NCBI GenBank assembly: GCA_964016885.1
Contig: OZ024747.1
Location: forward strand, 88,164,001-88,228,000
Reading direction: 5' to 3'
DNA: 64,000 nucleotides
Source: Eledone cirrhosa
Lineage: Eukaryota
Shown: positions 39,367-50,372 of the stretch, piece by piece
Position numbering within the stretch: the stretch's first letter is position 1
How the letters are laid out: each line of letters begins with the position of its first letter
Program-made: the position numbers and the translations under genes
The notes under the pieces: model-generated
The model's input: the letters and a program-made list of their open reading frames with translations, nothing else
Database searches by the model: none
What the model was told of the DNA's origin: nothing

Positions 39367-39900
39367 AAAGTATATACTTTCCTTATGAAAATTAACGGCT
39401 GAGCAGCCTAATTTGCATATCGAGTGAGTTCAGTCGGCCAGGCGTACCGAAAACAATAAGTTGTAATATAATGAAACGAAATTTCATTTCTCACTCTTAG
39501 TACGGCACTTACTTAAATGTAAGTATGTATGTATACGTACATACATATATGTATACAGACGTACAGTAGCATGCATATATATATATATATATATATACAT
39601 ATATACATACAGGTATACATATATATATGTACGTATCAGTTTAGCGAACATTTATTATAACGCCCGCTTTGTCCGTTTGTAAACAAGCGAACAGCCTGAT
39701 TTATGCCATACGGTGTTCAACACTGACACAGGAACGATGTACTAGTTTCAAGCTTGTTAGCTATCATCAGCACCGTATACCCTTCTACCAGATAGTTGAA
39801 CGTTCGAAAGTATATACTTTCCTTATGAAAATTAACGGCTGAGCAGCCTAATTTGCATATCGAGTGAGTTCAGTCGGCCAGGCGTACCGAAAACGATAAG

Positions 39901-39903
<3 letters not shown>
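39367..39903 (-). mobile_element. Short non-coding element with 97-bp direct terminal repeats and an internal hammerhead (retrozyme-like or non-autonomous PLE)
   Basis: 39367-39463 equals 39807-39903 with 1 mismatch, period 440 bp; flanked by (TA)n; contains the hammerhead fold at 39734-39776. Confidence 0.7.
39734..39776 (-). ncRNA. Minimal type I hammerhead ribozyme
   Basis: Minus strand reads ACGGUG-CUGAUGA-U-AGCU(AACA)AGCU-U-GAAA-CUAG-UA-CAUCGU: 6-bp stem I, complete core boxes, palindromic ACUAGU stem III, GUA triplet. Confidence 0.78.
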
Positions 39904-39935
<32 letters not shown>

Positions 39936-39936
39936 C

Positions 39937-39994
<58 letters not shown>

Positions 39995-40017
39995 ATGAAT
40001 ATATATATATATATATT

Positions 40018-40048
<31 letters not shown>

Positions 40049-40235
40049 ATAATGGAGCTGTGGCATTGCAAATGGGTTACATATGAAAAAGTAAGTCCTT
40101 CATCAGTGGCCTTCTAACTGTCCTACGTGGCCTTTAAAGCGATGAAATGCCTAGGACGGTTGGAAGGCCACTGATGAAGGACTTACTTTTTCATATATAT
40201 ATATATACATGAATATATATATATATATATATACA

Positions 40236-40285
<50 letters not shown>

Positions 40286-40438
40286 GGACGTTATATTAAT
40301 TCTCTCTCTCTCTCTATATATATATATATGTATGAATATATATATATATATGTATGAATATATATATATATATGTATGAATATATATATATATATATATG
40401 AATATATATATATACATGAATATATATATATATATGTA

Positions 40439-40479
<41 letters not shown>

Positions 40480-40520
40480 GAATATATATATATATATATA
40501 TATATGTATGAATATATGTA
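39904..40520. repeat. Compound (TA)n microsatellite with periodic ATGA interruptions, containing a short embedded element
   Basis: Long (TA)n with recurring CATGAA/TATGAA interruptions; explains the IYIY ORFs. Confidence 0.95.
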
Positions 40521-40842
40521 CAAATGTTGAGATTAATACTTATAGATAATGACAGGAAATAATTAATATATTTGAATATATGGAATGATCTGAAATAGAT
40601 AAGACAAGATGCATTAATATGCTTAACACACCTTGCTTGATTTTTTTTGTAGAGAGTTTTTATTATGAAGATATATATATTTAAAATTTAAACCTGAAAC
40701 TGCTTCACTTCAATTCAATTATATTATTAGCAAACCAGGTTTCTCTCATTCTCTTATTCCACCATTAAAAACGCCTGGCTTTATGTTTTTCTCCATATTT
40801 CATTTGAAATTCAAGCAATATGCAAGCAATATGCAAAAATGG

Positions 40843-41044
40843 CTTTAAACCGGCTTGTATCCAGCCAGAATTCTCTCACCTCTTTGTGTTCAAACAGGCT
40901 GTAACCGGCTGCTCATTTTAATGTTATGTATTGTTCTCAAAATAAATAACATCATCATCAAAATCTCGTAGATTCAATATTATGTGAGATAAAGCCTTTA
41001 CCACAAAAATACAATAGTAAATATAATGTAAATACAAAAAAGGG
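40843..41044. mobile_element. piggyBac-like MITE family A copy, left end lost
   Basis: Internal match to family A; ends AAAGGG|TTAA. Confidence 0.7.
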
Positions 41045-41507
41045 TTAAAACATAAGATTGGAGTTTCATTGTTTAACCCCTTTGAAACCAAAACCACATG
41101 ACCAATTTTAAATGGTTTCTATTTAAATTAAAACATAATTTTGTATAAGAACCTTTTGTTACTTTGTTATGAGAACCATCTAAATAATGAAGCAATAATT
41201 TATTATAACTCTGTCTAAACTCACTATGGTTAGATTATCGTTTTATACTAAATCTTCAGTGATAAAATTTAGTAAATGGGTGCAATGAAATGAAAAAAAC
41301 TGCTAGTAAAAGCTTATATATAAAAAAACAAAAAAGAACTTAGTTATTTCAAAATATCATTTATTTTCAAGAGTTTTGAAAAAGATATATTCTTTGGTGA
41401 ACTACAAGTTTCATGTTTCTCATTTTAATTCCTCAATTTGTATTTTGCATTCAGCAGATTGAATATATATACGCATGTATGATATATATGTATGGACATA
41501 TATATAT

Positions 41508-42600
41508 CATCATCATCATCATCATCGTTTAACATCCATATTCCACGCTTGCATGGGTTTGGACGGGAGTTTTCCCACTTGAGGCAAGAGTAGTTGTCTT
41601 GCTTGCATAGGATTGTCTGGCGGGTTTTCTACGGCTGGATGCCCTTCCTAACACCAACCACATTTACAGTGTGGAACTGGGAGGTTTTCACCGTGTTACC
41701 TACACAGCCACATTACAGCGTGGACTGTGTGTTTTTTTGTCGTGACACCTACACGACCTCATTTGTTTCGGCCTGGATGTTGTGGTACCAACATAACATA
41801 ACTTTACATTGAAAGGGGTGGTGTGGATGGGGTGGGGGTAGTGGGACGGGGGTGTATTTTGTCAGAGGTGCCTACTGACTGTAGTAGGATTTACTTTGTA
41901 TTTAGGTAAGGCGGGTCTTCTCTATTACTGTGTAGCGCCAAAGATCTCAGTCCAGTGACATTGTCTTGGAGAGGTGTAAGTGTGTGAGGTCGGAATTTAT
42001 CAAGTCGTCCCAGGTTTTTCTGGGTCTGCCTACTCCGTGGCTACCGTCTATTTTTATTGCCCTACACTTTTTTATACAGCTGTCGTCTTTCATGCGCATC
42101 ACGTGACCATACCAACGTAGCCTTCTCTCGAGTAAACAACATCTGATCCCTCTTATTTCTAATTTTTCCCTTAGTTCGTTTATGCTTTGCCGTTCACGTA
42201 TATTACTATTACACATCCAGCGGAGCATGCAAGCTTCGTTTCTCTCCAGTCTATGTATATCCTCTGCACACAATGCCCAGGTCTCACTGCCATGCAACAT
42301 TGCTGTTCGTATGCAGGCATCATACAGCCTGCCTTTCATTTTTAGGGAGAACCCTTTAGCGGCTAATAGTGGTATAAGCTCCCTGAACTTTTTCTATCAA
42401 GTTCTGACTCTAGCTACTGTACTTTCAGAGCACCCTCCCCCACTGCTGATTTTGTCACCCAGGTAACGGAAGCTGTCCACTATTTCTATAGAACCATCTG
42501 TGCAATGGAATGAGCTAGTATTCTGTGGGCACTTGCTGCTACTTATTGCACCAGAGCACCGGCCACATATAAAATCTATGTTCTTAGTTAGCTTACCTGT
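41508..42600 (-). mobile_element. Young 5'-truncated RTE LINE
   Basis: ORFs 42397-42678 and 41947-42339 (VDSFRYLGD, RRLRWYGHVMR, GRPRKTW); (CAT)n tail; both junctions in (TA)n. Confidence 0.92.
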
Positions 42601-42869
42601 ATATATATATATATATATGTTAACATATATAGTCCTGAGTAACCAGTTATTTACTAAAGGACTTCTTTCAAGAATCATTAGGATGTTAAATGTTGAACAA
42701 TATACCTTGTGCTATTTGTTCTCGCTCTTGATCAGCTTTACCTTCCATCCTTCCAAAGTCAATAAATTAAATCACCAGTCATGTTCTGGTCTCCATTTAT
42801 TTGAATAACTCCTCTCCTCAAATTTCTTACTTTATGCCTGTGTGAGAAATGATTACTACTTTCTTAACT

Positions 42870-43075
42870 GGTGGTAAATTGTCAGTTGTTAGGCATTGGA
42901 TTAAATGCTTCAGTATTTGTTCCAGCTCTTTGTGCTGTGAGTTCAAATCTTGACACTGAAAAAGCAATGACACTTCTTCCAGGCAGGAGTTGCAACTCAC
43001 AGAAAGTATCAGCAATGGAAAGACCAATGGAAAACAACTTCCTTGTTCTGATTTGATGATCAGCTCCTTTTTTAT
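42870..43075 (+). mobile_element. tRNA-like SINE variant ending in oligo-T (relatives clustered at 59805-61210)
   Basis: TGGTGGTAAATTG head, GAGTTCAAATC B-box, body GTATCAGCAATGGAAAGA, ends CTCCTTTTTT. Confidence 0.55.
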
Positions 43076-43147
43076 TTTTCAGCTGTGTAACATTAATTTG
43101 GAAAATGCCTTTTTAAATACACCTAAACATTTGTGTTACTGAATGTA

Positions 43148-43362
43148 CAGAGTGAGCATAAAGTCTTTCCCTGATTATAAACCTTTATTAAGCAAAACAT
43201 AAACAAGATAGAAAAATTACAACTACTTCCTGTAGAATAGAAAATGTAAAAAATGTTCAGAAAAATGTAAATTTATAAATTAAAACATGGAAAAAGTAAA
43301 ATCTCAAATAGTATCCTAAATATGGTACTTTATAATCAGGGAAAGACTTTATGCTCACCCTG
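43148..43362. mobile_element. Tc1/mariner-type MITE
   Basis: TA|CAG(A/G)GTGAGCATAAAGTCTTTCCCTGATTATAAA terminal inverted repeats with TA target duplication on both sides. Confidence 0.85.
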
Positions 43363-44859
43363 TATTTTTCTGAAATATTACAGATGTTATATTAAATAAT
43401 TGCATGTGTTGTTCCTATGTTATTCAATCATATAACTGTATTTCGTCATGCATTTAACTGCGTTGTTTTGTTTTCTTAACTGCTTCCCCATCTAGCATGC
43501 TTTTGTTTTACCCCCTTGATGCATGGAAATAAAACTTCAATGCTTTCAATTGATATATTAATTTCATTAATATATGTATAAAATGTTTATATTTTTTTCA
43601 AATTACAAAGATTTATAGTTAGCTAGCATATTATATAATAAATATTTATTAAGTGTATAGAATAGAATGAATCTCTATCAGTTTCAAAGATGAATGATCC
43701 AGTTGTTTGATAAATGGAACAGCCTGCTCATGAGATTAATGTGCAAGTGGCTGAGCATTCCACAGGCATGTATAACCATCATGTAATTCTCAAGGTGGCA
43801 GTGAAATGCCTGGCTCTTTTTGAATTACAGATACAGTCTCCCTGTCAGGCTTCTAAACAGTTTGTCTACCCTATTTCACTCACATGACTTGGGTTGACCT
43901 GAGGCTATGGTAAATGGTTCTTGCCCAAGTTGCCATGCACTGGGTTAAACCTGGGACTTCATAACCATCTAGCTGTACTGCAGTATATAGCAATCTCAAT
44001 GATAAAGACCATTTATCCTCCCTAAATAAATTCTAATTATCAACTGTAGATAAATAAATTTCTATCTCACTTGATGAAGCGTTGAGCAAATGTCCTAAAA
44101 AAGCCTGGTGCTACTGCTTTTTTTTCTCTGACTAACCCAATAATAGGAGAAAAAAAATTGTAAGTTTTTCAATATAAACTCTAGTGGTAGTTTTATCTCT
44201 GATTTTATAATATAATATATAAGAAGAAATTGAAAACAAAATGTTTGAAATAACCTCTTATACTGAACTTTGAATTAGTTAAAAGCATGATTATGTTAGT
44301 TGAAAAAATAAAAAAAGTTCAACTGAAAGCTAGTTGCTGTTGTTTGAGGCCAACTCTGATTGAGTAGACCCATGATCAACAAAAGATTAAGTTATGCCAG
44401 GTAAAAACTGTATAGTGAAACTATAGGCATTAAATTGCACAAACATTTAGGTAACCATAAGAAATGTCAATTCTTGTAATTATTTATACAATTCATTTAT
44501 GTTGTTATCACTCTGTAATCTCAGGTTAGTTGACATCAAGCAGATAGTTAGCCACTTGAATGATTAGGTGTGACCCTTAGATCTATTCTAGATTTAGCTT
44601 ACCTTCACATAACTGAAGACTATATTGTATGTACACTGGTTAATTTACTTGGTTAATCATGTGGGTTTCAGTGTTATTGTCTGGACATGTACTCTCTTCA
44701 TTTAAGTTTTAATTTAAGGTTACTACTTAAGCATTGCATAAATCTAATGGCTTTTAACACCACTTAATTCCTGCATTTGCCATTATCTTCCATTTGTTGT
44801 GTTGCCTCTTCTAACACTAACCTCAGTCTGTGCTTATTTTCTTCCCATTTCTTAAACAG

Positions 44860-44976
44860 TGGGATGATTTAAATTTGTCTGATAAAAAGAAATCTCGCCG
44901 TGCTGTGAGCTCCCGATTTAACAAACTGAAAGAAAAAGGAAGTGCAGCATCTAGTCCTCAGCATAATAGAAGTTAT
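44860..44976 (+). CDS. OSBPL6: Probable OSBPL3/6/7-family exon (basic, low-complexity linker)
   Basis: Pyrimidine tract plus aaacag| acceptor, |gtaagt donor, 117 nt, phase 0-0; WDDLNLSDKKKSRRAVSSRFNKLKEKGSAASSPQHNRSY falls at the position of the basic linker of ORP6. Confidence 0.75.
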
Positions 44977-45959
44977 GTAAGTGTCTCCATGGTGCTTTCA
45001 TTCTCCATCTATTATTATGCTCCACCTTTGCTTACCACCATTGCAAATTATATTTTCCATATATTTTATCATTCACCTGTCCAATACAGTTAATTCACTA
45101 TAATTCATGCTACTTTACTCGTTTTGCTGCAAATATTTTCCCACAAAAATGCTTTTGGGTAATCCATACTTTTACACTTTAAAAACTTCTTTAGTAGTAT
45201 TTTGATATGATTGGTTATTTAAAGAGAGCTGTTGGAAAATCAGATTATCCATATATTTTGCCTCGTAAATATTTTCATTTTGATAGTGCATCCTACAGCA
45301 TTCTTGGAATATTCTGTCATAAAACTCAAAAGATTAACAATTTGCAGAAAGAAATCAGATAAAAAAAAAGGAAAGAAAATGTGCAAACAAAAAGTAATGA
45401 ACAAAAGGTGAGAAGACAACCTCACTGAATTACATGCCCTAGTTTGGGGTATAGATGGGGCTCCCTGTAATATCTGAATATTGAATCTGACTTCATCAAT
45501 AGTACCAAACCAGAATTGTATAAAATGAGAAAAATGTTGCTGTTTAGTCACCAGTGTTTATATCTGATTCTATTTTTCTGTTTTCTTTTTGTTTTGCATT
45601 ACTTATGAGTAATTATATAAAAGAGTTAAAATAAGACACATTATGGTCTACACACGAATCTAGCAAAACAAAGAAATATTTTTTTTTTTATTACAATTAA
45701 AAAACTCCTGTAAAGGCATCTGATATTTATCATCTCGGTCGTTTTACATTTAATTAATGACAAACACAAAAAGAAGCTTCACTTCTCAACTGATGCCAAC
45801 CAAGACAGATAACAATTGATTACATCTACATTCAGAGCTGTAGCAGTCCCCATCAAAGAATTAAAACCTACTGCCAAAATCTAAAAGCTCTATTATGTCA
45901 AAGATGTTTTAAAATATATCTACACACACACACATATACACACATATATATATATATAT

Positions 45960-46534
45960 AAAACATGAGAAGAATGAATACTGCGTGGTTGCACATGGGT
46001 TACATATGATAAAAATAGTCCTTCATCAATGATTTTCCAACCTTCATTGGTATTTCATCACTTTAAAAATCATATACCTCCAGTTGGTGCGAGCAATAGC
46101 TAAATAAAGCTATTGGGACAAGTAAATCGCATAAAGCGAGCGAGACATGTAAACAAACAGAAGGATAACAACGCAAAGATAGGAAAAAACAAGCACATGG
46201 GAGTCTGATCAGCTTAAGCTGTGTGGATTTCATGAGTGAGAAACAACAGACCGTGCGACGCGAGTGAGGTGTGGACCCACTTCAGGCCAAACGGGAGGAA
46301 GTGAGAAGGGGAGAAGCAGAGAGTGAGTGAATGGAAGTGCGAGGAAGAGGCCAGTCGAGAGAAAGTGTAACTGACAGAGGGGGCGAAAGAAGGTGAGAGA
46401 AACAGAGAGAGGGGGGAAGCAGTAAGAGAGAAACAGACAAATGCAGCTGGGGAAAATATATATAAAAAACATGAGAAGAATGAATACTGCGTGGTTGCAC
46501 ATGGGTTACATATGATAAAAATAGTCCTTCATCA
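45960..46534. mobile_element. Short element with identical 69-bp direct terminal repeats (PLE-type partial tandem)
   Basis: 45960-46028 equals 46466-46534, period 506 bp; preceded by (TA)n; related to 40050-40196. Confidence 0.65.
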
Positions 46535-47680
46535 CACATACACTCAATAACTTTTCAATATTATCAAACTACTTACAGTTATTCCAATATATTTCATCAC
46601 ACCATATAACCAAAGCAGTGAAAATCACTGCTGCTCAGGCCTTATCTCCTTCACACTCAGATCTAATCAACTCCAAATTGCCTTGTGTTCCCTACAATAT
46701 TATTTCTTCATTTGTTGATAGAACCAACACCAATCTCTGTAATTGTTAAATGCCATAATATGTTGGTTAATAATACTGCCTCTGTAGCATCCACTTTACT
46801 AATCTGTCTTAACATTTGTTGAAACGACCAACTTTATGGCTTCAGGGTTTATCTCAGGTTTCAAATACAAAATCATCAACAACTAGAAGTAATTTGAACT
46901 TAATGATTCTACCAGTTAACCAAACATCACACACTCTAACAATTAGTTCATTTTATTCATTTCATTTTGTTTGTTTGTTTATTTATCTATCTGTCTATCT
47001 ATTTGTTTATTCATTTAACTGTTTTTATTTGCTTTTGACTTCTTACTTCCATAGGGTTGTTTCTGACAAATATTCCTCTTATACACCCCCTTTCCTCATC
47101 AGCAACATACTGGCCTGGTTCAATTAAATATTGTCAGACACCATTTAAATAATTTAAATTTATGGCAATAGTGACATGTGCCTAGTGACAATGGTCACAC
47201 CTGTCTGATTAGACGATTTTCTCCACAGCATGTGTCTAGTTCATTTTATGTGTCTCAGGAGTCCAACAAGGTGACCTGTTCAACTAGCCCTATTTCCAAT
47301 GTGTATTAAGATGGGGGCTAACTTGGATTTGAATATTTGGTATCTTGAAGATGCTTGTTTGGGGGACCTCAAAATAAGGTTCTTACCACTGCGAAGACAA
47401 TGATTGAGAAGTTTGATCAAAGGGGCCTTCAGGTTAACCCCTAAAAATATGAACTTTGGATTCTCAATCACCTGGCTTCACAAAATCAGCCAACAGTGGA
47501 TCAGTTCATCAAATCCTTCCCCTCTATTGTGGTCGCTCCCCCATCAGCAAGGGGTTCTCTGGGAGCCCCAATTACTGACCCACCTTTCAAGCTTAGTTTT
47601 CTCTTCAAGCTGGTAAACCCCCAAAACATTGATGTAATTCAACTCTATCAAGGCTTTTTCATACTTAAGAATTACCTTTG

Positions 47681-47960
47681 TATGAGGCTCAGCTGAAAAG
47701 TTCATAGGCTGACCAAAATACATACTCTCATGGAATGGACCAAATAAGTTTATTTTTCAACATAGTCTCCCTTGCGGTCCATACCCTTCTTCCATTGGTA
47801 TTGCAATGCTTGGATCCCATTGGCAAAGACACGTTCATCCTGTTGGTAAAAAAAAGTCAACAGCAGATATGACATCATCATCACTGCGATACTGGTTGCC
47901 AACGAAGTATTTTTTCAATTTGGGGAACTGATGTTAGCCAGATGGGGCCAAATCAGGAGA
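47681..47960 (-). mobile_element. Mariner end fragment
   Basis: TIR-like TATGAGG...CTGAAAAGTTC; minus strand WKKGMDRKGDYVEK* matches the mariner transposase C-terminal GDYVE motif. Confidence 0.65.
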
Positions 47961-49836
47961 ATAGGAAAGGTTCAAAGCCACAGCCATGTTTTTCCACACT
48001 TGGATGGGTTGAATGGGTCCTTCTCAGCACAGCATCTCTCCACTTGTCACGTTCCTTTGTTATCTCCTCTGCCAGTCTTAGCGATTTGAGGTCAGCCCTC
48101 ACAACCTCTGCCCAGGTCTTTCTTGGTCATTCTCAACTGCAGTTTTCTTCCACTGGCATTTCTTCACCCATCGGTCATTGTCCATTTGCATCACATGTCC
48201 ATAATATATATATTCTTATACTTTGGGAAAGTCATGCTACCAATAAAAACACATGTACCTGTTGGGTTTCACTTCAATTTATTATTATAATTTCCCAGTC
48301 AAGTGATTTAATAATCAGATGGTTGTTTAGTTGTTGATTGTCATCAAAGCTCTTTTATCACACATTCTGTGACCTCCACAGTGACTACTTTTGTTGTTAT
48401 TTCATGTCTCTCCTTTGTTCTATTCTACACCATCTTGTTTATGTGAGCTGTGTACTTGGTCTGCGCATGCATTATATCCTGGTTTGAGTTTGTGTGTGTG
48501 TGTTTTAAAATATATTTATTTGTTTATTTATACATATATTTATTTTTTTTTATCTTTTCCATTTGTTACTAGTTTGTTACTTGTTTTTATTGGCAGCATG
48601 ACCATCCATCACAAAGTATAACACTACCTGTTTCAACACATGTTTTCAGATAATAATAATGAAATATATATTCATACATGTGTGTGTGTATGTCTATTTA
48701 TATTCCAAGATGATAAAATAACCAAATCTTAATCTACAGGACTATTGTATATTAAGTTTGATATAGGTCAGCGCCTATAAAACCTGTTAGATGTTTCATA
48801 AATCATGTTTTATAAATCATGTTTTATAGCAACTGCACTGATCATTAAAACCTGAGGTAATGTTTCAGTCTGTCTAGATTGCTGCCTTTAGTATAGTAGA
48901 AATATTCTTTCAGATGATGATTAAATGAAGTCTATTTGTAAATTAAGTTATCTGAACAGAAATTACAGATAAAATATATATATATGTTTTTTATACATGT
49001 GTTTCAATTTGTCTCTGGTATGACAATTGTTCTAAACCTGTCTTACATATTAAAATTCTATGTGATATTCATTAACTAATAAATGTCAGTATAGATATTG
49101 CTAAAATATTTTCTTAATTAAAATGTTGTAGTTTGCTTGAAGCATTGTATATATGTGGAAAGTGCTATAAGGCTAAACAATGCAAAATGGATGGTAAGAT
49201 GAAGGTAACAAAAAAGTAAGCTACCTGATAATCTGTTTTTTTTCCGTTGCTGTTGTTTCTTTCATCCTTTTAGGATGAAAGAAACACCAGCAACAACAAA
49301 AAAAAAAAAAGATAACCAGGTAACTTACTTTTTTGTTACCTTCATCTTACCGTCCATTTTGCATTGTTTAGCCTTATAGCACTTTCCATATTATATTTTC
49401 TTAATTGTTTTATTTACCATTTTGCAGTTAATGACCATGAAATTAAATATATTTTCCATTGCATGGTTTATATTTTATCACAATTTACATTGTTGTTTCT
49501 AGAATATTGGTGTATATATTCACTTAACAGCACACTGCTTACTTTTTCTAATCCTTAATCTCTTTTTTTTATTTTTAATATTTTGATCAAAGTTTGTTTC
49601 ATTAAATAAATGTGAAGTGTCACCAGAAATAATGTTAACTTCATTTAGCATTCCAAACTAAAGCATTTGGTAAACTATATATATATATATATATATAGTT
49701 TATAATTGAAAAGGGGCTAAGTTCTATACAAATCAAAGGTTATAGAAAAAAGGCAAGAATGGAAACAGTAAGGAAGTATAAAGGGTTATTCTTAAAAAAA
49801 AAAACATTAAAAAAAGGGGTCTTATAAAATATATAG

Positions 49837-49876
49837 AATATTACTGGTTTCGATGTACTTCATCTTATTAAATATT
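49837..49876 (-). ncRNA. Decayed minimal hammerhead ribozyme, probably inactive
   Basis: AAUAU-UUAAUAA-GAUG(AAGUA)CAUC-GAAA-CCAG-UA-AUAUU: perfect stems I and II and GAAA; the CUGAUGA box carries three transitions. Confidence 0.55.
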
Positions 49877-50087
49877 AAAATCGAAATTTAGAAATAAAAA
49901 ATTAAGGATTGAAGAAGGTCTGCTCATATTTCGTGTTGTGAGAATGACTGAATCACTTTAGAGAAATACTTTATATATATATATATTTACACTATGTAGG
50001 TGGTAGTAGTGGTGTTTAACAGGTCAATGTTGTTATAGGAAGATTTCTATATGTGTGTGTATTGTGTTAAAAAAGATGTGGGGGGCT

Positions 50088-50130
<43 letters not shown>

Positions 50131-50332
50131 CGAAGGAAAAGTGGTAAGGAACCAGGTGGACCATAACGCACCAAAGTACTCAATACTTAGGGTAGTAGAG
50201 TGGGTAATAGGAACAAGTAGGACCCCGACGGCTGAGCTCAAGCCGTTTCGACGGCTAATTCTGTACTAGAATTAGCCGTACAGAATTAGCCGTCGAAACG
50301 GCTTGAGCTCAGCCGTTGGGGTCTTACTTACT

Positions 50333-50372
<40 letters not shown>

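Noticed and set aside
39411-39418. ATTTGCAT octamer in both 97-bp repeats
   Set aside because: A single 8-mer is expected by chance in AT-rich DNA and no snRNA gene or PSE is evident.
39832-40523. IYIYIY ORFs
   Set aside because: Translation of (TA)n microsatellite.
47180-47680. ORFs 47280-47696 as a host exon (SSNP motif)
   Set aside because: No convincing splice sites and stops in neighbouring frames; more likely a decayed repeat I cannot classify.
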